A stretch of DNA of 64,000 nucleotides from positions 768,001-832,000 of the forward strand of contig OY763927.2 in the NCBI GenBank assembly GCA_963667665.2. The letters are read 5' to 3'. Shown here in pieces: positions 1 through 10,729 of the stretch. The notes below the pieces were generated by a model. That model searched no databases and was not told where the DNA came from. It saw nothing but the letters and a program-made list of their open reading frames with translations. The position numbers and the translations under genes are program-made. This stretch comes from Nitrosopumilus sp. (GTDB lineage: Archaea > Thermoproteota > Nitrososphaeria > Nitrososphaerales > Nitrosopumilaceae). Numbering within the stretch: position 1 is the first letter of the stretch; every line of letters begins with the position of its first letter.

Positions 1-1211
1 TTGACTTGTTTGAAAGTCAGGGTCTTGGTGCAGACTATTATGGATATCACAATATTAATCATGAATTAGAAGTAACATATGTTTCACTTTTAGCTGCAGA
101 ACAAGGCAAAGTACAATTCTCAGATGAAGATATGAAATATCTATTCATTGCAGCATTGTTTCATGACTTTGATCCTGAAAAAAATGTAGACAAACCACAT
201 GAGGAAAGAGTTATAAAATTTATTACAACTGACAAAAAACTTCTTCAATTAATCAACACTACAAATGTTGATTTAGATATTATCAAAGTGTTGATTTTAA
301 GAACAACATATCCTTGGAGTGGAGAGTATAAAAAAAATGCAGAAGAGCAAATTAAAGAATGTTTTCAAAATTCAGATTTAACAAGAAACAATCAACAATA
401 TCAACAACACATTATGGAAATAGGTCAATATCTATCAGTAGTAGACAGAATTAGTGGTTATGCATTAGGTGATTTTACAAAAGCAATGAGTTTGGCTAAG
501 ATGAATGCACATGCACTTGCATGGAGGCCATCACTAATTATTAGAAGTGCAGTTGCATATTTTGAGGAATTATTAAACAAAGAACCAGATATGACAAAAT
601 CTATTCTCAGAATTCTCCCAAAAGAAATGAGAAAGAATTTTTTTGATACTGTATTGTCATTTATGGAAATCAGGCAACAAGAAATCACAATTCAAGCCGA
701 TTATGCTTATGAAAATCTAAAGTTAGTTCCAACAATAGAAAATATGGCAACAAGAAAAGATCCAAATTTTATCAAAACTCTATATGAGATCTTTTTGGAG
801 CTTCCAACACCACTGCAATTTCAAAAAGAAAATTTTGAAAACTCTGTCAAAGATCCACAAATAATCATCAATACACTTAGACTAAATAACAAAAATGGAG
901 AAATTGTAGGATTTGTAAAAGGAGGAGCACTTGAGAAATACAAACTGCGTGAGGAGATTAGAGATGAAAATTATGGATTAGGAAATACAGTATTTCTAGA
1001 ACCACTTGCATTGAAGATGGGATATTGGGGGTTAAAAGGCGGAAGTGAGATGCGCCATATGTTTATCATGCAAGCTTACTCTATGAAGTACAAATACATG
1101 ACAAGTTTTGCCTTACGAGATGTAATCAAAGCAAGAATAGACAAAGAACGTGCAGAGTTTGTTACACAATTTGATCCAGAAAGATGGGATTACTATAGAA
1201 TCAAAATTTGA
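1..1211 (+). CDS. HD-domain protein with GNAT-like C-terminal region (5' end probably outside window)
   Basis: YHNINH...LFHDFD...VVD HD motif; frame is open to the window edge. Confidence 0.7.
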   Translation, partial: DLFESQGLGADYYGYHNINHELEVTYVSLLAAEQGKVQFSDEDMKYLFIAALFHDFDPEKNVDKPHEERVIKFITTDKKLLQLINTTNVDLDIIKVLILRTTYPWSGEYKKNAEEQIKECFQNSDLTRNNQQYQQHIMEIGQYLSVVDRISGYALGDFTKAMSLAKMNAHALAWRPSLIIRSAVAYFEELLNKEPDMTKSILRILPKEMRKNFFDTVLSFMEIRQQEITIQADYAYENLKLVPTIENMATRKDPNFIKTLYEIFLELPTPLQFQKENFENSVKDPQIIINTLRLNNKNGEIVGFVKGGALEKYKLREEIRDENYGLGNTVFLEPLALKMGYWGLKGGSEMRHMFIMQAYSMKYKYMTSFALRDVIKARIDKERAEFVTQFDPERWDYYRIKI

Positions 1212-2671
1212 TTCAGCACATGAAAAAATCAATTCTAAAAACAATACAGTCAATAATTCAAGGTGATGTATATTCACAAAAAGAATTTAGAGAATTTTAT
1301 TCAGTTGATGCTAGTTCGTACAAAATTATTCCAAAGATAATAGTGGTACCAAAAAATGAAAAAGATGTAATCAATATAGTAAAAATTGCAAAAAAATTCA
1401 AAACATCAGTTACTGTACGTGGTGCAGGAACGGGTCTTGTTGGTAGTGCATTAAATAATGGAATCATACTTGAAATGAAAAATTTTGATTCACTCAAACT
1501 TTCAAATGAATTTGTCACGGTAGGTCCAGGCACAATTAAAGGTAAACTTGACAAGAAACTTGAAGAGCAAAAAAAGTTTTTCCCTCCAAACCCATCAATT
1601 GGTTCTTTCTGTTCCATAGGAGGAATGTTGGGAAACAATTCCAGTGGAAGTAGAAGTCTAAAGTATGGAAGTGTGATTGATAATGTAGCAGAAATTACAT
1701 TTATTGATGGAAATGGAGCAAAGATTACTCTTCCAAAAAATAAAAGTGTAGCAAAAAAGATTCTAAAGTTTGCAAAAAGAATTGATGAAAAAAGATTTCC
1801 AAATGTAACAAAGAATTCATCAGGGTATAGAATTGATAAAGTAAGATCAATCAATGATGCTCATAAAATTATTATTGGTTCTGAAGGAACTCTAGGAATT
1901 ATTTTATCAGCAAAATTAAAGATTAAAGATATCCCAAGAAAACGAATTCTATTTGTAATAGGATATGAATCAATTAAAGATGCAATAAAAAACTGTATTG
2001 AAATTAATAAAACAGGACCTTCTGCAATTGAATTTGTAGATAAAACGACACTTACTCAAATAAAATTCAAGTTTGATAAGAAAATTAAATGTCTACTCTT
2101 TGTAGAATTTGATGAGAGAATTGATTCAAGTGAAAAGAAGATAAAATCAATCATTACAAAGAAAATTATCAAGAAATTAAAAAAAGATTCAGATATTTCT
2201 AGATGGTGGAAATACAGAGATTCTTCATTACATTATAGCTTAAAATCAATAAAAAAAGAATGGATGATGCCCTTTGTCATTGAAGATGCAGCAGTTCCTT
2301 TGGAAAATCTTCAAAAATTATTTTCGGTTTTAAACAAGATAAATAAAAAATACAAGACAAGATCAATTGTATATGGACATGCAGGAAATGGAAATATCCA
2401 TATACGTTTAGTAGCAGATAGAAAAAAAATCAAGGTTATCAAAAATATTGCAGTTCAATACTTTGAGGAAGTAATCAAACTTGGAGGCACCATAACTGCA
2501 GAGCATGGAGATGGACTAGCACGATCAGAATTTATCAAAAAGCAATATGGTACCAAAAATTATCAAGTATTCAAAGAAATCAAAAAATTCTTTGATCCAA
2601 AAAATGTGCTCAATCCTGGTAAGATAATCACAAAGAAAAGCAGCATAATAGAAAACCTAGAAAATTTGTAA
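1208..2671 (+). CDS. FAD-binding oxidoreductase, GlcD/D-lactate dehydrogenase family
   Basis: RGAGTG, GSEGTLG, GHAGNGNIH, EHGDG and NPGK motifs. Confidence 0.9.
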   Translation: MIQHMKKSILKTIQSIIQGDVYSQKEFREFYSVDASSYKIIPKIIVVPKNEKDVINIVKIAKKFKTSVTVRGAGTGLVGSALNNGIILEMKNFDSLKLSNEFVTVGPGTIKGKLDKKLEEQKKFFPPNPSIGSFCSIGGMLGNNSSGSRSLKYGSVIDNVAEITFIDGNGAKITLPKNKSVAKKILKFAKRIDEKRFPNVTKNSSGYRIDKVRSINDAHKIIIGSEGTLGIILSAKLKIKDIPRKRILFVIGYESIKDAIKNCIEINKTGPSAIEFVDKTTLTQIKFKFDKKIKCLLFVEFDERIDSSEKKIKSIITKKIIKKLKKDSDISRWWKYRDSSLHYSLKSIKKEWMMPFVIEDAAVPLENLQKLFSVLNKINKKYKTRSIVYGHAGNGNIHIRLVADRKKIKVIKNIAVQYFEEVIKLGGTITAEHGDGLARSEFIKKQYGTKNYQVFKEIKKFFDPKNVLNPGKIITKKSSIIENLENL

Positions 2672-2742
2672 ATAAATTTGAGGCAAAATCAAAAATATCA
2701 ACTCAGAAACGCTTTATTAGTAAAAAAATTGTCCAAGATATC

Positions 2743-3171
2743 GTGTTAGGTAAGGTTATTGGGTTAGTAGGAATTCTACTAGTATTTTCTATCAGTTTTG
2801 TTACAGCATTTGCATTAGATGAATTAGAAAGAGCTTCAATTAGTGACCCAAAATTAGTAAATGCATTTGGCATACCAATAGGAAATAATGTTAATGTAGA
2901 TCAACAAATTCAAATTTCAGCAGATGTTACAAATAATCAAGATAAATCTCAAAACTTTGTATATCTAGTTCAAATAAAAGACAAAAATAATTTTGTTGTG
3001 TCATTTGGATGGTTCAGTGGAAAGTTAAATCCACATCAAAAATGGAATACGTCAGTGTTTTGGATTCCAGACAATGCAGGAGAATTTACTGCAGAAATTT
3101 TTCTATGGGAAGCTCTGATAAATCACAGAGCATTAACAGAATACACTACATTGCAAATTAACGTTAGTTAG
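2743..3171 (+). CDS. Secreted thaumarchaeal Ig-like protein
   Basis: Signal peptide; resembles the C-terminal domain of 57158..58338 (QIQI...NNQ..Q.FVY..QIKD). Confidence 0.7.
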   Translation: MLGKVIGLVGILLVFSISFVTAFALDELERASISDPKLVNAFGIPIGNNVNVDQQIQISADVTNNQDKSQNFVYLVQIKDKNNFVVSFGWFSGKLNPHQKWNTSVFWIPDNAGEFTAEIFLWEALINHRALTEYTTLQINVS

Positions 3172-3368
3172 AATTTTAACAAAATAATTTAGTTCATAAA
3201 TTTGCCAATTATTTAAAAAATTCGAATAATTTATTCCTAAATTGATCAAAAAAATGTCAAATAATAAAAAAATTTGCACATTATGCAATAATTGAGATCA
3301 AGGATTTGCTTAATAGTGTAAAAAATTCAACAAGTTCTCGCTAATATGACCTAGAGCCTAGTGCAATT

Positions 3369-3512
3369 ATGACAATAGGATATTGTGTAAAGTGCCGAGA
3401 TAAACGCGAAATTCAAGGCGCTGGACCATACACCATGAAAAATGGTAAACCTGCAATCAAGGGCACTTGCCCAACTTGTAGTACTGCCATTTTCAGAATC
3501 GGTAGAGGTTAA
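3369..3512 (+). CDS. Small zinc-ribbon protein (DUF5679-like), 47 aa
   Basis: Hand-translated MTIGYCVKCRDKREI...KNGKPAIKGTCPTCSTAIFRIGRG; below the ORF-track cutoff. Confidence 0.8.
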   Translation: MTIGYCVKCRDKREIQGAGPYTMKNGKPAIKGTCPTCSTAIFRIGRG

Positions 3513-3530
3513 ACTTTTCAATAGAGAAGT

Positions 3531-3776
3531 TTAGTACTGCCATTCATCACTAAGGCCATTCCATAGTGAACGCATTGGGGATGGATCTATTTCTTGTGTA
3601 ATTCTATTTTTTAATACAAAAGCAAAATTCTCCAAAGCATCAACTCCACCATCAGCATAAAGTTCATGGCCAATCTCTGTGATTCTTTTATGTTTTTCAG
3701 GCACATCTATAGAATCGGGATTTTGTAGACAAAACGTCATCAAGTCTATCAATTCTTCTTCAAACATAAAATCCAA
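3531..3776 (-). CDS. Hypothetical protein
   Basis: Clean ORF with plausible composition. Confidence 0.65.
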   Translation of the reverse strand: MDFMFEEELIDLMTFCLQNPDSIDVPEKHKRITEIGHELYADGGVDALENFAFVLKNRITQEIDPSPMRSLWNGLSDEWQY

Positions 3777-3829
3777 GTTACTTTATGCAAACTTTAAGTT
3801 GAATTTAGGTATTGAGATCAAAAAAGAAA

Positions 3830-4204
3830 TTATCTTAGACGTTTATAGAGTTCTTTGAATTCAATTGAAATGGTACATGACAAATTAAGCACGTGGGTAA
3901 GTTGATTCATAGATGTCTTGCCATGTGCTAGTTGTCTTAACAATGTCAAAGCTTTTTGTGGAGAATTAACTGTAAGATCACTCGTACCAGACCATGTCTT
4001 AAATGCCTCTTCAACATCCATGCAAAAATTCAGAACAAATTCTTTCCAATGTGGCATTGATTGTAATGCTTTTTCAGTTAAAAGTACTAATGATAATTCA
4101 CGAAATTCAATTACCCTATCCACATATAGCATATCAAGAGCTTGTTGGATTTTTTCGGGTTTGTATTCTGATGTGTTTAGCATATACATTCCAGCAATAC
4201 TCAT
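3830..4204 (-). CDS. Hypothetical protein
   Basis: Clean ORF. Confidence 0.65.
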   Translation of the reverse strand: MSIAGMYMLNTSEYKPEKIQQALDMLYVDRVIEFRELSLVLLTEKALQSMPHWKEFVLNFCMDVEEAFKTWSGTSDLTVNSPQKALTLLRQLAHGKTSMNQLTHVLNLSCTISIEFKELYKRLR

Positions 4205-4325
4205 GAAGTAATATTCTCATAATCAAAGATAAATCAGATTAATGATTCTCTTAAAATTTGTTAGAATTTTTAAATCAGAATTAACAAATGTACAGAATTC
4301 AAAAAAGAAAAAAAGAGATTAGATC

Positions 4326-5726
4326 TTATTGGAATGGATCAATAAATGGACAGTTAACGATATGGTCACTATCCATTGGACGTGCAATGCCAATGTCGAT
4401 CAAGCCAGCTTCTCTGTATGCGTTCATGTCATCTATGGTTTCTAGTAGTTGTGCCTCATCAGGATTATCCCAGCCTATCATGAAGATTCTCCACATTGGA
4501 GAATAGTTTACATCACCAGGAGCTCCTGCTGCTATTCCAGGTTGAAATCCTAGTGGACCAGTACCTTTTAGACCATTTTTGAACTGATACAAATCTACTG
4601 CTGCTGAATTTGCAATCAAGCTTGCAGATGAAGGTGCACTTACAACACCCATCATTCCGGCAGGACCACTTGGAGTAGCATCTGTTACAATGTAATAGAT
4701 TGTGCTACCATCAGGGCCCCATCCACGATGAGCAATGAAAGTTACAGTCATCTCTTCTGTATCGATATCAAGAACTTGACCACCACCATATGGTGTTTCA
4801 TCAGTCAAAGTTTTGTCTTCTTTGACCATCATCTGACCATCAGGCCAAATAATTTGTGGCATATTCAAAACTACATTAACTTCGGTTAAAGTAATTTCTT
4901 CGTTGTCAGCTGCATCCATTATCATTGCATCTGAATCAAGGACTCTTGGTGATTCACCTTCATTCCATGTAACATGTACATGAGAAGCCAATGCACTGTA
5001 CACATCTGCTTGTGCAGGTGTACTTGTAAAGACTTCACCTTGATATCCATGAACACCATCGCCAGTAATGCCGTTGGTAAACATGTAGGTTTTTGAAAGT
5101 GCTTCATCAGGAGCATTTGCCAATAAAGGTGCAAGTTCTACTTGCCAACCTTGATTTTCTGTAATGATTTCTGCATGTGTAGGATCACTAGAATCAGTGA
5201 TGATGAAGTATACATCGCCACCATCATAGTATCCTTGATGCATTGGAATGTCTGTTGGAACATTTGCTCTTGATAATCTAAGTACAGACCCCAAGTCTGC
5301 CTCAGTTACTTCCATCATGGCTTCTTTTTCCATCATGGCTTCTTTTTCCATCATGGCTTCTTTTTCCATCATGGCTTCTTTTTCCATCATGGCTTCTTTT
5401 TCCATCATGGCTTCTTTTTCCATCATGGCTTCTTTTTCCATCATGGCTTCTTTTTCCATCATGGCTTCTTTTTCCATCATGGCTTCTTCTTCAGCAACTG
5501 GCGCTACAGGTGTTGGTGTTTTTTGCTGTTCCATCCATGCAGCTTTACCGCCTGGAATTTCAGAACATAACTGTAATCCACAGATATTTGTACTAGAACC
5601 ATATTGTGAGTTTCTAGTGCCTTGGCTTTTGATAGCATCAGCATCTGTGAAATAGTCAGTTGTCAATCCCGTAGTAAACAAGGGAATAATTGCAAGAAAT
5701 GCAATGTATCTTAGACTCTTATTCAT
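4326..5726 (-). CDS. Secreted protein with Met-rich (AMMEKE)x10 linker and two repeated domains (Y.I.TD..., YS..W/H, VN.P)
   Basis: Signal peptide, internal domain duplication and perfect tandem repeat. Confidence 0.8.
   Translation of the reverse strand: MNKSLRYIAFLAIIPLFTTGLTTDYFTDADAIKSQGTRNSQYGSSTNICGLQLCSEIPGGKAAWMEQQKTPTPVAPVAEEEAMMEKEAMMEKEAMMEKEAMMEKEAMMEKEAMMEKEAMMEKEAMMEKEAMMEKEAMMEVTEADLGSVLRLSRANVPTDIPMHQGYYDGGDVYFIITDSSDPTHAEIITENQGWQVELAPLLANAPDEALSKTYMFTNGITGDGVHGYQGEVFTSTPAQADVYSALASHVHVTWNEGESPRVLDSDAMIMDAADNEEITLTEVNVVLNMPQIIWPDGQMMVKEDKTLTDETPYGGGQVLDIDTEEMTVTFIAHRGWGPDGSTIYYIVTDATPSGPAGMMGVVSAPSSASLIANSAAVDLYQFKNGLKGTGPLGFQPGIAAGAPGDVNYSPMWRIFMIGWDNPDEAQLLETIDDMNAYREAGLIDIGIARPMDSDHIVNCPFIDPFQ
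5311..5487. repeat. Perfect 18-bp coding tandem repeat (tccatcatggcttctttt), about 10 units
   Basis: Directly visible. Confidence 0.97.
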
Positions 5727-5777
5727 TAAAAAATAAATTGATTTTTTCTTTAAAAGAATTTGTCCAAATCAAACAGG

Positions 5778-6401
5778 TTACACAAAAAGTTCTGTGAATC
5801 TATTTTCCACGTAATCCCAGTTGATAACATTCCACCACGCCTTAACATAATCAGGTCTTTTGTTTTGGTATTTCAAATAGTATGCGTGCTCCCAAACATC
5901 CAACCCCAACAAAGGGATTTTTTGAAAGACCCAAGGACTATCTTGGTTCAAAGTTGTAATGATTTCAATTTTATTATATGTCTGATTAAAAACTAACCAA
6001 CACCAACCACTTCCCTGAATTGATATTGCCTTTTCTGAAAAAACTTTTTTGAAATTTTCAAAATTATTGAAATAAACATCAATAGAATCTTCTAGTTTTC
6101 CATCAGGATTACCATTACTGTTAGGAGTCATTGTTTCCCAAAACAATCTATGATTCTCAAAACCCCCACCAAAAAAGTTGATTGCACTTTGTCCAGATTC
6201 AGGAATTGATTTTAGATTAGCAAGAATAGATGAAACATACTGAGGATGTGATGCGCTACCAACTTGTTCAAGTGATTTGTTTAGTCCATCCACATATGCT
6301 TGATGATGTTTTTGGTGATGAATCTTCATTGTTTCAGTATCAATGAATGGTTCTAGTTCATCATATCCATATGATAATTTTGGGAGTTCATATCTAACCA
6401 C
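5778..6401 (-). CDS. sod: Fe/Mn superoxide dismutase
   Basis: HHQKHHQAY, NH.LFW and DVWEHAYY motifs. Confidence 0.95.
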   Translation of the reverse strand: MVRYELPKLSYGYDELEPFIDTETMKIHHQKHHQAYVDGLNKSLEQVGSASHPQYVSSILANLKSIPESGQSAINFFGGGFENHRLFWETMTPNSNGNPDGKLEDSIDVYFNNFENFKKVFSEKAISIQGSGWCWLVFNQTYNKIEIITTLNQDSPWVFQKIPLLGLDVWEHAYYLKYQNKRPDYVKAWWNVINWDYVENRFTELFV

Positions 6402-6450
6402 AAATCAAATTATTTGAATCCACATATATTCTTGGAGACCAATACAAAAT

Positions 6451-7065
6451 ATGAGAAAACTAGGAACAATTGATTTAGAAATTTTAGATTTAGCGATTAA
6501 AGAGAATGGGTTGTTTAATGAAAATAGTCTAGAAAATTCAGAGTTAAAGAGGTTAGGAGTTGGAAGAATTCTAGATGCACTTGCATCACTGAAAGACAGA
6601 AAGATGATATCATTAAATAGTGACGGTTCTTTTTCCATCACAGTTATTGCACGAGAGATTCTTTGGAGTAATAATATTCCAACATGGGCAAAAATTTTGC
6701 GTCTTCTTCAAATAAAGTCTTGTAGTATGGAACAAATTATTGACATTCTTAGAATATCTAAAGATAAACTAATAATAGATGTAGAAAAATTGAGAAAAAC
6801 TCAATTTGTTCTAATGTCACCGCAAAGACAAAAAGAAAAACTTGTCAAAATTTATGAAATTTTACCTGAAGGAATAGTGAAAATTGATAAAACAGAAACT
6901 GAAGGATTTGATAATACTAATTTTGATGAATCCAAATCAGAAGTTGAAATTTTGGAACTAATTGATGAAGTTATAAAAGAACTTAATGACTCTCAGATGG
7001 AACAACTGAAAAAAGATAGCATGACTGAAAAATTATCTAAACTAAAAGAAAAGTTAGAAATTTAG
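6451..7065 (+). CDS. Winged-helix-like hypothetical protein
   Basis: Two wHTH-like segments. Confidence 0.55.
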   Translation: MRKLGTIDLEILDLAIKENGLFNENSLENSELKRLGVGRILDALASLKDRKMISLNSDGSFSITVIAREILWSNNIPTWAKILRLLQIKSCSMEQIIDILRISKDKLIIDVEKLRKTQFVLMSPQRQKEKLVKIYEILPEGIVKIDKTETEGFDNTNFDESKSEVEILELIDEVIKELNDSQMEQLKKDSMTEKLSKLKEKLEI

Positions 7066-7277
7066 GGCGAAGTTATTTTTTTCATTTCTAGACATTTAGA
7101 ATCATATTCATTCAAGAATTGTTTAGTGTTAATTTGAAGTTCTTGAATGTATAATTCACATGTTTTGTAATCTATCAATTTACTAGAATTTTGATCATTA
7201 GTCACATACTGTAATATTAGAATCCCTACAAGTACAATTATCAAAATAACAGGCACCCTTGTTGAATAAATATCCAC
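7062..7277 (-). CDS. Small membrane-anchored protein
   Basis: N-terminal hydrophobic helix. Confidence 0.55.
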   Translation of the reverse strand: MDIYSTRVPVILIIVLVGILILQYVTNDQNSSKLIDYKTCELYIQELQINTKQFLNEYDSKCLEMKKITSP

Positions 7278-7326
7278 AAATTTTGCTATACAATTTTGAA
7301 CTTAAGCGTATTGGAAAATAAGGAGA

Positions 7327-9051
7327 TTATTTTGAGCGAATCTTGTCTTGTATCTGAGCTAAGATTAGTTCTGCTTTGTTTTTGTTTTCATAGTTATCAG
7401 CGGAGTCATCAATTATCGCATCAATCTCAAAACTCTTATCGACCAAAATGTTTGCAACATGATCATCAAGGGTTCCATTTCCAATCAAGTAATATGCAAA
7501 GACAGTGTTCTTCTGACCAATTCTGTGAAGTCTATCTTCTGCTTGTCTATGAATTGCAGGACTCCAATCAAGTTCGGCAAAGATAACATATTTTGCTCTA
7601 GTCAAATTGATTCCAACATTTCCTGCACGAAGACCTGCAATCATTAGTTTTGATTCTCCATTTTGGAATTTGTCAATCTGATCCTGTCTAAATGAATCTG
7701 TTTGCCCTCCAATTATAGCAACAGGAGAAAATTCCTGAAGACTTTGATGAAGTAATTTATGAATTACCTTATGATGGCAAAACACGACAACACTTTCTTC
7801 AATTTCCATAATGTTTTTTACAAAATTAATTACATGAGTAAGTTTTGCAATACCAGCTATCTGTCTTTCACTTTGAATTGCTCGTTGATATGATGCAGAT
7901 TTCGAAAATTCAGTTTCTGCAACTTTTTGTTCTTCTTCAAGCTTCTTCCAGATTTTATCAAGTTCTTCAAGATAATAATCAGTGTCTGCTGCAATGACTT
8001 CTTTGTAACGAACTTTGTCTTTGAGTTCTTTTAAGACATCAGACTTTTTCCGTCTTAGCATAACATGTTTTTGTAATTCATGTCTAAGCGATGCTCGTTT
8101 ATTTTCTAAAACAATAGCCTTGCCTTTTTCATTGACATAGCAAAAGTACTCACAAAATTCTTTAAAACTTCCAAGTAATCCTGGTTTTATGATATCAATA
8201 ATTGGCCAAATTTCTGAACCTCGATTGTATATTGGAGTACCGGAAAGACCGATTCTATACAATACAGAAGGAGGTGCAGCAAGTTTTTTGACTGCCTTGT
8301 ATTTTTGGGTAGTTTTTGACCTTAAATTATGCACCTCATCACAAACTATAGTCTTTAGTCCAAGTTTTGCTAAATCAGGATTTCGTTTGAAAAGTAATTC
8401 ATAGTTGATTACGTAAATGTCAGACTTTGGAAGTTCTTTTAATTTTCCAGTTCGAATTAATGTGACACTTGGAGATTTTGATTCTAGAATTCGTCCATTC
8501 CTACTCTTTTTCTTTAGAAACTTTGCAATCTCTCTCTTCCAGTTTTGTAATGTAACTAAAGGTGCAATAACTAGTACAGGAAATGTTTGTTTTTCAGTAG
8601 CTACATAAGATAATGTTTCCACAGTTTTTCCTAAACCCATCTCATCAGCTAGTAATGCATTACCAGAAGATTTTAGTAAAAAGTCTAATCCTTCTTTTTG
8701 AAAATTTAAAAGCTTTCCACGAAATTGTGCACCAGCTCTTGCGCGTTTCAGTTTATGTTTAATTGGAGGCAAAACAGGTTTTGGCGCATAAGTCTTTATG
8801 ATTTTTCTTTGCCATACATATTTTGATAAAATTTCAAGAGGATATCTATCCATAATTAATTTGAGTTGTTTTACATTTTCAATGCTGTCAGGAATGATTA
8901 CTTCATTTGCATTTTCACCATACCAAGCTTCAGGAACAAGTCTTGAGATCATGTTTACAGCACGATCACCAGTAATTTTCCAACTATAGATTTTTGAATA
9001 TTTATCAAGAACATATTCCAACGTACCGATGGTTTCTAGAGATGTTTCCAT
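7327..9051 (-). CDS. SNF2-family helicase
   Basis: LADEMGLGKT, DEVH, SGTP and QAEDRLHRIGQ motifs. Confidence 0.95.
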   Translation of the reverse strand: METSLETIGTLEYVLDKYSKIYSWKITGDRAVNMISRLVPEAWYGENANEVIIPDSIENVKQLKLIMDRYPLEILSKYVWQRKIIKTYAPKPVLPPIKHKLKRARAGAQFRGKLLNFQKEGLDFLLKSSGNALLADEMGLGKTVETLSYVATEKQTFPVLVIAPLVTLQNWKREIAKFLKKKSRNGRILESKSPSVTLIRTGKLKELPKSDIYVINYELLFKRNPDLAKLGLKTIVCDEVHNLRSKTTQKYKAVKKLAAPPSVLYRIGLSGTPIYNRGSEIWPIIDIIKPGLLGSFKEFCEYFCYVNEKGKAIVLENKRASLRHELQKHVMLRRKKSDVLKELKDKVRYKEVIAADTDYYLEELDKIWKKLEEEQKVAETEFSKSASYQRAIQSERQIAGIAKLTHVINFVKNIMEIEESVVVFCHHKVIHKLLHQSLQEFSPVAIIGGQTDSFRQDQIDKFQNGESKLMIAGLRAGNVGINLTRAKYVIFAELDWSPAIHRQAEDRLHRIGQKNTVFAYYLIGNGTLDDHVANILVDKSFEIDAIIDDSADNYENKNKAELILAQIQDKIRSK

Positions 9052-9246
9052 AATTTGTGGTTAAGATATTTTTTTGCCTTATGAATCTTTCATGTTTCTT
9101 TCGATCAGTGAATAATGAATTAAAATCTACAAGAGTTAAAATATGGGAAATTATAATTAAAGTAAAAATTTAGATTAAATCTCTAGGCTCAACATAGCAC
9201 AGTTTAGAATAACAAATAATTAATCAATAAATCTAACTTTAGGCAT

Positions 9247-9693
9247 ATGGTTGAAGAAGGTTTTTCCTGGATTTATCTGATCTTTTTCTTAATTCCACTA
9301 GTAAGAATTGTTCCTAGGTTAGTAAGAAAATGGAGAAAGGGAAAAGGTACATTTGATGAAAACCAGTTTACACAAAGTAATCCAGAAATAGAGAAAATGC
9401 CTGGGTCATTTGAAAGAACAGAGTCATTTGAAAAGGTAGATTCATTTGAAAAGCCAAAGTCTTTTGATAAACCACAAAACAAAGAGATGCAAGTTTTAGG
9501 GGAATTAAACAAAGGGATAAAAGATTTCAATAAAATTCAAAAAAATCTGGGCATAAGTAATCAAGAGTTAGAGAATATTTTAAAAAATCTAGAAGATCAA
9601 GATTTAATGAAAGTGGTAAAGAGAGGAGGACTAACTGGAACTAAAGTAGAACTATATCCAACTGATAAAGGCTTCAAAAGATATTATACTTGA
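9247..9693 (+). CDS. Membrane-anchored protein with C-terminal winged helix
   Basis: N-terminal TM helix, SFE repeats, wHTH-like tail (LYPTDKG). Confidence 0.65.
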   Translation: MVEEGFSWIYLIFFLIPLVRIVPRLVRKWRKGKGTFDENQFTQSNPEIEKMPGSFERTESFEKVDSFEKPKSFDKPQNKEMQVLGELNKGIKDFNKIQKNLGISNQELENILKNLEDQDLMKVVKRGGLTGTKVELYPTDKGFKRYYT

Positions 9694-9753
9694 GAAGGAC
9701 TCACAAATTTTCAAGTTGCATATGTTTAAAATCGATTGTATTTTAGAAAAATT

Positions 9754-10433
9754 ATGGAGTTTACTCAAAATGAAGACCCAACTGTTGAAAAACCAATTAT
9801 TTTTGCAGCAATGCAAGACATGGGAAACGTTGGAAGTATTGTAATAAATTTTATCAATGATTCTTTGAGAACAAAAACATTCAGAATTGCAAAAAATCCA
9901 TATCCAACATATGTAGTTGATAGAGGGGATATATTGAACTTCCAAATGAGAGTTGGGAATACAAGTATACAGATGACATGATAGTATTTGGGGGAGGAAA
10001 AGGACAGCCAAAAAGTAATAGTGAGATAAACGCTTTGTGTCAGGATGTAATTGATGTTGCAAAAAAATATTCTGCAAAGTTCATCTATACGTTTGGAGGT
10101 TTTCACACTAACAGATTTTTAGATAATAATCCCAAAACATTCATCACTACAACATCTATTGAACTTACAAAACAAATGGAAGGGCTCAATGTAGAGATAA
10201 CTCCTCAAAAATCAATAATTACAGGATTCAACGGATTGATTCTAGGATTTGCAAAGAAAAATGGAATTCATGGAATTGGAATGTATGGAGAATTAAATGA
10301 ACCAGAGTTTCCACAGTATAGAGCAGCAATTAGCATAATCAAAATCCTTGAAAAATTAACTTACAGAAAGTTGGGAGATACAAGCCAGTTAGAAGCAATG
10401 GCACAAGATATTGAAAGAAAATTCAAGAATTGA
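9754..10433 (+). pseudogene. PAC2 (proteasome assembly chaperone) family gene, frameshifted at GGGG 9925-9928
   Basis: ORFs 9736..9981 and 9978..10433 join as DRG-GYIELPNESWEYKY; either a real lesion or an assembly indel. Confidence 0.75.
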
Positions 10434-10435
10434 GA

Positions 10436-10570
10436 TTAGTGAGATTTTCCAGTAGGATGAGGCGCTGTATTCTCATCATGGCAATCACAGGAACATAGAT
10501 GTGTTTTGTGATTATTCATGCAATCAATACACTCGAAGTGCTTTCTTGTCTCACATGCAGCGCAAATCAT
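10436..10570 (-). CDS. Small Cys/His-rich protein, 44 aa
   Basis: Hand-translated MICAACETRKHFECIDCMNNHKTHLCSCDCH... Confidence 0.6.
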   Translation of the reverse strand: MICAACETRKHFECIDCMNNHKTHLCSCDCHDENTAPHPTGKSH

Positions 10571-10729
10571 CTACTAGTCATTAGATATAGGGTGTTTAAG
10601 AATTAGTTGGGATTTAACATATGACTTAGTTTCAAGTACAAAAATGAGTAAAATTACTCAAATTAAATTGAAAAATGGATAATTTTTCTTCATACTTTGT
10701 CTTAACAACAAAAATCAAAAGAATTTCAT

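Noticed and set aside
9925-9928. Programmed frameshift in PAC2
   Set aside because: No slippery heptamer or downstream structure is seen; a single-base loss in a G run is typical of assembly error or mutation. Similar indels occur near 25237, 32700, 34748 and 60290.
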